Of a DNA stretch of 58,247 bases, positions 52,434 to 58,247 are shown piece after piece. Under the pieces are notes generated by a model. That model ran no database searches, was not told where the DNA came from, and was given only the letters and a program-made list of their open reading frames with translations. Positions within the stretch are counted from its first letter, which is position 1, and every line of letters begins with the position of its first letter. The translations under genes were made by a program, and so were the position numbers. The stretch is from Patescibacteria group bacterium (GTDB lineage Bacteria > Patescibacteriota > Minisyncoccia > JAHIHE01 > JAGLIN01): the NCBI GenBank assembly GCA_034659355.1, contig JAYEHC010000102.1:1-58247 (forward strand), read 5' to 3'.

Positions 52434-54218
52434 ATGCACAAATACAGAACGCATAATTGCGGAGAGTTAACTAAAAAAGATAAAGATAAAAAAGTTATTT
52501 TATCAGGATGGGTAAATAGCCGTCGGGATCATGGCGGGCTTATTTTTGTTGATTTAAGAGACAAAAAAGGATTAACGCAGATTACTTTTGATCCGCAAGT
52601 TTCAAAAGAATCATGGGAAATGGCAGAGAATTTGAGAAATGAATTTGTAATCAGAGTTGAAGGAAAAGTTATTTTGCGTCCAAATAATATGATCAATTCA
52701 AAATTGAAAACAGGAGAAATTGAAATTGAAGCGGATAAGATTAACATCTTGTCAAAATCAAAAACACCGCCGTTTGAAGTTGAAGAGATAGAAGGAATTG
52801 ATAAGGCGAAAAATGTGAACGAGGAAATAAGATTGAAATATAGATATTTGGATATCAGGCGAAAAAAAATGCGGGAGAATTTAGAATTTCGTCACAACGC
52901 TATAAAATTAATCAGAGACTATTTTGATAAAAATGGTTTTTGGGAAATTGAAACGCCGTGTTTGACAAAAAGCACGCCAGAGGGCGCAAGGGATTTTCTT
53001 GTTCCGTCTAGAATGCATCCTGGCAAATTTTACTCTTTGCCACAGGCTCCTCAGCAATATAAACAGCTTTTGATGATTGGAGGAGTGGAAAGATATTTTC
53101 AAATCGCCAGATGTTTTCGCGATGAAGATCAGCGTGGCGCGCGACAGCTTGAATTTACACAACTAGATTTGGAAATGTCGTTTATAGAACAAGAAGATAT
53201 TTTAAAATTAGTAGAAAAGATATATATAGAAATTGTGGAAAAACTGACCAATAAAAAGATAATATTCAAGCCTTTCCCAAGATTGAATTATGAGGAAGTA
53301 ATGAAAAAATACGGAAGCGATAAGCCAGACTTGAGATATAAAATGGAAATAGAAGATGTTAGTGAACTGGTTGAAAAATGCGGGTTTCAAGTTTTTACTA
53401 AAGCTGTTGAGAGTGGGGGAGCGGTGCGGGCAATTTGCGCGAAAGGCGCAAGCAAATTTTCTAGAGCGGAGATAGATAAACTGACAGAACTGGCTAAGGA
53501 ATTTGGCGCCAAAGGACTGGCGTATATAGTAATTAAGGAAAATGAATTACAGTCGCCAATCGTAAAATTTTTGGGTGATGATTTATCTCAAAAAATCGTA
53601 GAGAAAATGGGTGGCGAAGCAGGGGATATAATATTTTTTGGCGCGGATAATGAAATAACTGTTAGAAATGTTTTGGGAAATATCAGAATAGAATTGGCGA
53701 AAAAACTTAATTTAGCCGATGATAACAAATTGGCGTTTGCGTTTATTGTAAATTTTCCCTTGTTTGAAGAAAAATTAGAAAACGGGCACTATGCGCCGGC
53801 GCATAATATGTTCACAATGCCGCAGGAAAAAGATTTGCCGCTTTTGGAAAATAATCCTCATCAAGTTAAATCATATCAGCACGATTTAGTGTTAAACGGC
53901 AATGAAGTTGGCGGGGGAGCTCTTAGAATTTATAAAAGGGAGATTCAGGAAAAGATTTTTGATTTAATCGGTTTTAGCGAAGAAAAAAAGAAAAATTTTG
54001 AACATATGTTGAAAGCATTTGAATATGGTCCGCCGCCACACGGAGGAATGGCAATGGGGCTTGATCGATTAATTATGATTCTATGTAACGAAGCGGATAT
54101 CCGCGAAGTGATTGCTTTCCCAAAATCGGGTGATGGCAAAGATTTAGTTATCGACGCGCCGAGCGAGATTGCCAAAGAACAACTGGACGAAGTGCATATA
54201 AAACTTAGAAAATTGTAA
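52434..54218 (+). CDS. aspS: aspartate--tRNA ligase
   Basis: OB-fold start SGWVNSRRDHGGLIFVDLRD, motif 2 FRDEDQRGARQLEFTQLD, motif 3 GPPPHGGMAMGLDRL. Confidence 0.93.
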   Translation: MHKYRTHNCGELTKKDKDKKVILSGWVNSRRDHGGLIFVDLRDKKGLTQITFDPQVSKESWEMAENLRNEFVIRVEGKVILRPNNMINSKLKTGEIEIEADKINILSKSKTPPFEVEEIEGIDKAKNVNEEIRLKYRYLDIRRKKMRENLEFRHNAIKLIRDYFDKNGFWEIETPCLTKSTPEGARDFLVPSRMHPGKFYSLPQAPQQYKQLLMIGGVERYFQIARCFRDEDQRGARQLEFTQLDLEMSFIEQEDILKLVEKIYIEIVEKLTNKKIIFKPFPRLNYEEVMKKYGSDKPDLRYKMEIEDVSELVEKCGFQVFTKAVESGGAVRAICAKGASKFSRAEIDKLTELAKEFGAKGLAYIVIKENELQSPIVKFLGDDLSQKIVEKMGGEAGDIIFFGADNEITVRNVLGNIRIELAKKLNLADDNKLAFAFIVNFPLFEEKLENGHYAPAHNMFTMPQEKDLPLLENNPHQVKSYQHDLVLNGNEVGGGALRIYKREIQEKIFDLIGFSEEKKKNFEHMLKAFEYGPPPHGGMAMGLDRLIMILCNEADIREVIAFPKSGDGKDLVIDAPSEIAKEQLDEVHIKLRKL

Positions 54219-54233
54219 TTTATTATAAATTTT

Positions 54234-55841
54234 ATGCCAAACCAAATATCTAAACAAACGAAAGAACTCATTGAAGATTATAAAGAAGTTATTGCTTTGG
54301 AAAAAAGTTATAATAAAACAGATGGAGAAAAAATAAAAGTTCATCAAGTTTCAAGCAAAATCGCTTTCCTGTATGAGAGAATAAGAAACGCCGTTGATTA
54401 TAAGGATGAGCATTTACTGAGAAAAAATGCAATTGAAAGAATCTTAAAAAGAAGACTATCAACGGAAAAAAACGAGCTTAATGTCGCGAAATTTTTAATT
54501 TTTGAATTAATCAGAGCGAAATATTTGCCAGAAAATGAAATTCCGGAAAAAAGAATATATGATATAAAAGAAATAATTGAAAAATACACTTTGCTCATCA
54601 ATGAAATTCCGGAAAAATCTGACAACGGAAAAATTGATTCAGAATATTTATTTGATTGGCTTGTCGGAGTCGCGGCGTGCGAAATAGAAGAAAAAATTGT
54701 TCCTTATAAAAGAGAGAGTGTGATAATTAAATTTGTCAGACAGATAATAGACAAAAAATTGAAAACTCCGGAGAAAATAATAAGCAGGGAAAATAAAGAA
54801 ATCCAGATTCATATCGCCGTGCTTAGAAACTTTACAAAGTCTGATCTTTCTTTAATTAGATACAGACTAATGCAAACAAAACACCCTGAATGGTTTTTTG
54901 CTCCTTCGGAAGAGTTAATTATAAAACTGGCAAAAAACATAGATTGGCTGGTTAACGATATAGAAAAACAAATTGACAATCCGCTGGGAGAAAGTTTTTC
55001 CAGATTTATTAGAAAAAACTTAGCATTCTTTACGGTTTTGGAAGATGTAGTTCGTAAAGACCCTAAAAATATAAGCAAAATATTTTCGCATCATTTTCAC
55101 ATTGAAGACGCGATTAAGGAAGCGTGTGTAAAGAAATACAAAGAAGCGAAAACAAAATTAAGAAGAGCGGCGGTTAGAAGCATTGTTTACATTTTTGTGA
55201 CTAAAATGATTCTTGCTCTTATTATAGAACTTCCTTTTGATAAATATATCATCGGACATATAAACTATCTTGCTCTGGGAATGAATTTGCTTGTTCCTCC
55301 GCTTTTGATGTTGATTGTTGTGCTAACAATTAAAGTTCCCAGCAAAAAAAATACCGATCTTATAGTTACTGGAATAAAAGAAATGGTTTATGATAAATAT
55401 GCAAGTCAGCCGTTTGCAATTAAGGGAATTCTGTCCAGAGGGTTATTCTTTTCTAAAATGTTTAGATTTTTTTATGTCTTAATTTTTCTTGTTTCTTTCG
55501 GATTAATAATTTTTGTTTTGAAGAAATTTAATTTTAATGTTATTAGTATTGGTTTGTTCCTGTTTTTTTTAAGCGTTGTTAGTTATTTTGGAATAAGAAT
55601 ACGGCAAGGAGCAAGAGAATTGGTGGTTGTTAAACAGAAAGAGGGGATTATATCTTTTGCAATAGACCTATTTTCAATTCCTATTTTAAAAATGGGACAA
55701 TGGCTTTCGGTAAAGCTTTCCAGTATCAATATCTTTGTTTTCATCCTTGATTTTATAATAGAAACTCCATTTAAAACATTCGTGGAGATATTTGAAGAAT
55801 GGATTTATTATATTAAAGAAGAAAGAGATAAGATACGATAA
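54234..55841 (+). CDS. hypothetical membrane protein (soluble N-terminal half, about 5 TM C-terminal half)
   Basis: 535-aa ORF 15 nt after aspS. No motif recognised. Confidence 0.5.
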   Translation: MPNQISKQTKELIEDYKEVIALEKSYNKTDGEKIKVHQVSSKIAFLYERIRNAVDYKDEHLLRKNAIERILKRRLSTEKNELNVAKFLIFELIRAKYLPENEIPEKRIYDIKEIIEKYTLLINEIPEKSDNGKIDSEYLFDWLVGVAACEIEEKIVPYKRESVIIKFVRQIIDKKLKTPEKIISRENKEIQIHIAVLRNFTKSDLSLIRYRLMQTKHPEWFFAPSEELIIKLAKNIDWLVNDIEKQIDNPLGESFSRFIRKNLAFFTVLEDVVRKDPKNISKIFSHHFHIEDAIKEACVKKYKEAKTKLRRAAVRSIVYIFVTKMILALIIELPFDKYIIGHINYLALGMNLLVPPLLMLIVVLTIKVPSKKNTDLIVTGIKEMVYDKYASQPFAIKGILSRGLFFSKMFRFFYVLIFLVSFGLIIFVLKKFNFNVISIGLFLFFLSVVSYFGIRIRQGARELVVVKQKEGIISFAIDLFSIPILKMGQWLSVKLSSINIFVFILDFIIETPFKTFVEIFEEWIYYIKEERDKIR

Positions 55842-55866
55842 TATTTTTTGACCAAAATTTGACCAA

Positions 55867-55900
55867 AAAAAGAGGGCGTATTAATTGCCCTTTTTATTTT
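55867..55900 (+). terminator. probable intrinsic terminator
   Basis: AAAGAGGGC-GTATTAATT-GCCCTTTTT followed by a T-rich run. Confidence 0.5.
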
Positions 55901-56004
55901 GTGCAAATAATTGCTATAAGCAACATCACCAAAGGCGCCGTCTCGCCATAGTTGCGAAATATACTATAAAGCAATTTATTTACCCTTTAAGGGTTAAATT
56001 TCAG

Positions 56005-56128
56005 AGTGTTGTTTATACTTTATAAGATTTTTAATACCAAGCAGTAGTTTTATCTGATTTAAGAATAAAAACTTCTCTAAATCCAATTTTGAGCTTTATA
56101 AGGAATATTTAAAAGTATAAACAACACT
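56005..56128. repeat. perfect 17-bp inverted repeat separated by 90 bp
   Basis: AGTGTTGTTTATACTTT (56005-56021) pairs with AAAGTATAAACAACACT (56112-56128), inside a gene-free gap. Confidence 0.8.
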
Positions 56129-56510
56129 AGCGATTCTTACACTTTAAGCAATAAGTTCTAATCTAGCGCAGTATATATTATAGAGAAGCGAGTTTAAAAT
56201 ATAATAACAATGTCGCACAAGATAGCTTTTACGACATTGAGATAGATTCTCCGTAAAATTTCCTTTTTTTAGATTATATGAATTATACTTTTTCTTCGTT
56301 ATTTTCTATAAGATTCTACCGTTAAAAGATTCTATTATTAAAAGTTTTGCCAATTAGCTTGCTTTGATTTTCTTTACTGATAATATTTTTAACAAGAGTT
56401 AAATGTTCTTTCGCGCTCTTTTTTATGTAGTAAAAAGTTTATGCGCTTACGCCTGTGGATTTAAAGCAGTAGAACTAAGAAAAATTCATCATACGACTTT
56501 AATCAAATTT

Positions 56511-56540
56511 GAAGAACACTGAAGAACACTGAAGAACACT
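56511..56540. repeat. perfect 10-bp tandem repeat GAAGAACACT x3
   Basis: Read directly from the sequence. Confidence 0.95.
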
Positions 56541-56840
56541 TTAAAGAAATAATTGGCGATAAAGGCAATGGCGGAATGTGTAAATTCTTAAAAGAAAACA
56601 AGATTACAGACGGCATAGAAAAAAGAGGAAAAAGAAAGAAAGATCCGCCCATTCCCAAGAAAAGATTTGTTTCCACCCGAAATAAGAAAGACGGTCTAGA
56701 ACAAACAAATTTATACATTTCCACTCTGAAAACCATTATTAAATGATTTTCAAGGCAAAGATTTATAGATTAAAAGATTATTTTTGGAGAAAATAAACAG
56801 AGCCTAAATAAATTTGTCATAGGTTCGTTATTATTATAAA

Positions 56841-57431
56841 TTATCTAAAAAACAGTCTTTCAATTTGTTTTAAAATATCTTTCGCTTTCCAGCTCTTTCT
56901 GCCCTCTACGATCTCGCCGAGAATAAAAGCGTTGAGCATCCCGATTAGAAGATAGGTGGCAATTTTGCTGTTAATAAAACGACTTCGTTTTTTATAAATA
57001 AGAAATTCTTTGATAGTGGGCTCTAGCTGGCAGGCAATTTCTACTTTCAATTCAGCAATAAAATTAATAATATTATCATTATTTTTGGACAATTTCTGCA
57101 TTGTCAATTTTACCAGATTTCTTTTTTCCAAACAAAAATCAAGATAAGTTGTTATTGTCTTGCGAAAGCGTTTTTCTATGGATAAATTTTCATTGCTGAT
57201 CACTTTTTGAATCGTTTCCGAAAATTCTCTAAAAGCTTCATCTAAAACTTTCAAATAAATTTTCTCTTTGCTATCAAAATGATAATACAAAGCCGCCTTC
57301 GTAATTCCCAAAGAATCGGCGATATCCATCATTGAAACGCCCAAATATCCAAACTGCGCGAAAAGATTTTCTGCAGTGTCAATGATCAAATCCTTAGTTG
57401 ATAAAGTTTTTGAATTTTGGGAAGTGATCAT
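56841..57431 (-). CDS. TetR/AcrR family transcriptional regulator
   Basis: N-terminal HTH LFAQFGYLGVSMMDIADSLGITKAALYYHFDSKEKI. 196 aa. Confidence 0.88.
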   Translation of the reverse strand: MITSQNSKTLSTKDLIIDTAENLFAQFGYLGVSMMDIADSLGITKAALYYHFDSKEKIYLKVLDEAFREFSETIQKVISNENLSIEKRFRKTITTYLDFCLEKRNLVKLTMQKLSKNNDNIINFIAELKVEIACQLEPTIKEFLIYKKRSRFINSKIATYLLIGMLNAFILGEIVEGRKSWKAKDILKQIERLFFR

Positions 57432-57522
57432 AATAAAAATTTAAGGATTAATTTATAGATGTTTTAGATAAAAAGTAAGACTTGAATAAAAAAACGGTGG
57501 AGTGAAATGTATTCTTTACTTT

Positions 57523-57672
57523 TCACTCCAGAGCTTCTTGTTTTCCAATTGCTACCATCAGGATTAACCTGATGGTCAAGTCATCTTTCGATATTCCCAG
57601 CTTGTAAGCTTTTTTTTTCAAAGCTTTTCTTAGCGGGTTTACGAAAATGGTTTCTATTATTTTTTTAAACAT
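57523..57672 (-). CDS. small hypothetical protein (49 aa, not in ORF track)
   Basis: A strong SD (AAAGGAGGA) lies 8 nt before the ATG. Sequence MFKKIIETIFVNPLRKALKKKAYKLGISKDDLTIRLILMVAIGKQEALE. The stop is embedded in the hairpin GGAGTGAAA..TTTCACTCC, followed by ACCGTTTTTTT (a minus-strand terminator). Confidence 0.5.
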   Translation of the reverse strand: MFKKIIETIFVNPLRKALKKKAYKLGISKDDLTIRLILMVAIGKQEALE

Positions 57673-57711
57673 TTCTTGTTTCCTCCTTTATTTTTTGTAG
57701 GTCATTTGCCT

Positions 57712-57772
57712 ACTTACTTACCAGTCGGTAAATAACTGTGGGTAAGTATATATCAGGTAAAAATCTTGTCAA
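57712..57772 (-). promoter_or_regulatory. sigma70-like promoter plus palindromic candidate operator upstream of the small ORF
   Basis: On the minus strand: TTGACA (57772-57767), a 16-nt spacer, then TATACT (57750-57745). Inverted repeat TTACC-N4-GGTAA at 57718-31, nested in ACTTAC...GTAAGT (57712-47). Confidence 0.45.
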
Positions 57773-57986
57773 GTTTTTTTGTTTCTTATTTCATTCTTAA
57801 AAAAGTTTGAAGGTTTGTTCTCTATGCTAAAAATAATCCTTTAAATAAAGGGTTATCATTAAATTACCAATAATTTAAGTAAAAAAAATAAGCGAAGGAA
57901 AATCAATTAAAAAACTTGTGCAGTTGTTCTTATTGTCTTAACACATCCCTTAATCCCCTCTTAATAGGACTTTTCTATACGCAAAA

Positions 57987-58055
57987 GGCTCCAGTCAGGA
58001 GACTGGAACCAACAATAGCACGAAGGCTCCACAGCCCTAAAGGGACTATGGAGCC
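57987..58055. repeat. two GGCTCC..GGAGCC-type hairpin units
   Basis: GGCTCCAGTCAGGAGACTGGAACC (57987-58010) and GGCTCCACAGCCCTAAAGGGACTATGGAGCC (58025-58055). The first is near-identical to 23951-23974. Confidence 0.7.
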
Positions 58056-58085
58056 AACAACGCATAACTTTGTTATAAGTTATAG

Positions 58086-58116
58086 GTTGTGAGTTGTAAG
58101 TTGTAAGTTGTAAGTT
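58086..58116. repeat. 7-bp tandem repeat GTTGTAA/GTTGTGA x4.4
   Basis: GTTGTGAGTTGTAAGTTGTAAGTTGTAAGTT, located next to the 3' end of tRNA-Pro. Confidence 0.9.
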
Positions 58117-58122
58117 AAAGTG

Positions 58123-58195
58123 TCGGGGCGCCGGGATTCGAACCCGGAGTCCCTTGGTCCCAAACCAAGTGCGTTAGCCGTTACGCTACGCCCCG
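58123..58195 (-). tRNA. tRNA-Pro (anticodon UGG)
   Basis: Minus strand: CGGGGCG-TA-GCGT-AACGGCTA-ACGC-A-CTTGG-TTTGGGA-CCAAG-GGACT-CCGGG-TTCGAAT-CCCGG-CGCCCCG-A. This is a 73-nt cloverleaf with the anticodon loop UU-UGG-GA. CCA is not encoded. Confidence 0.93.
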
Positions 58196-58247
58196 ATATA
58201 AGCTACTTTCTAATCATATAGCAAAAACAGAATAAGTCAAACAAACA

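Noticed and set aside
1-58247. The organism might use an alternative genetic code (UGA read as Gly or Trp, as in some CPR lineages and Mycoplasma).
   Set aside because: Conserved proteins terminate at expected lengths on TGA (for example the ATGA overlaps at 5209-5212 and 6096-6099). Long ORFs are uninterrupted under code 11.

Overview
This is an AT-rich 58.2-kb chromosomal window. It is mostly compact housekeeping genes: gdhA (5'-partial), trxA-trxB, lepB, hisS, miaA, miaB, nadK, an ABC-F ATPase, murA, a GH57 enzyme, a DD-carboxypeptidase, infC-rpmI-rplT, tmRNA plus smpB, mreC-mreD-PBP2, mnmA, rpoD, a long-form dCTP deaminase, eno, priA, aspS, a TetR regulator and tRNA-Pro. The standard genetic code applies, because TGA ends genes at the ATGA overlaps at 5209-5212 and 6096-6099. 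The gene style suggests an uncultivated Patescibacteria/CPR-like bacterium (inference only): streamlined genes, type IV pilus genes, a giant Cys-rich surface protein, an rRNA-IVS-type four-helix-bundle ORF, and many short palindromic repeats. Four accessory regions stand out. (1) 38.1-48.2 kb holds a 1944-aa vWA/PA14/LamG cysteine-rich secreted protein directly upstream of pilC, three prepilins and a PilX-like gene. The first prepilin has no start codon of its own and is read in frame from a four-helix-bundle cassette. That cassette is bracketed by inverted heptamer repeats, and the read-through crosses a CACAATT x4 tract that could slip. (2) 2.9-7.4 kb holds a metal-related cluster: a ZnuBC-like importer with no binding protein, two MinD-ferredoxin ATPases, a CDF exporter fused to a Cys4 zinc ribbon, and DUF134. 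(3) Several families of hairpin or MITE-like repeats are present. Some are inserted in frame, with lengths that are multiples of three, into miaB, mnmA and miaA. (4) There are decay scars: a PfkB-kinase/MurB chimeric pseudogene, an IS1-like remnant, and a roughly 1-kb gene-free gap. No CRISPR array, rRNA gene, prophage or recognisable defence system was seen.
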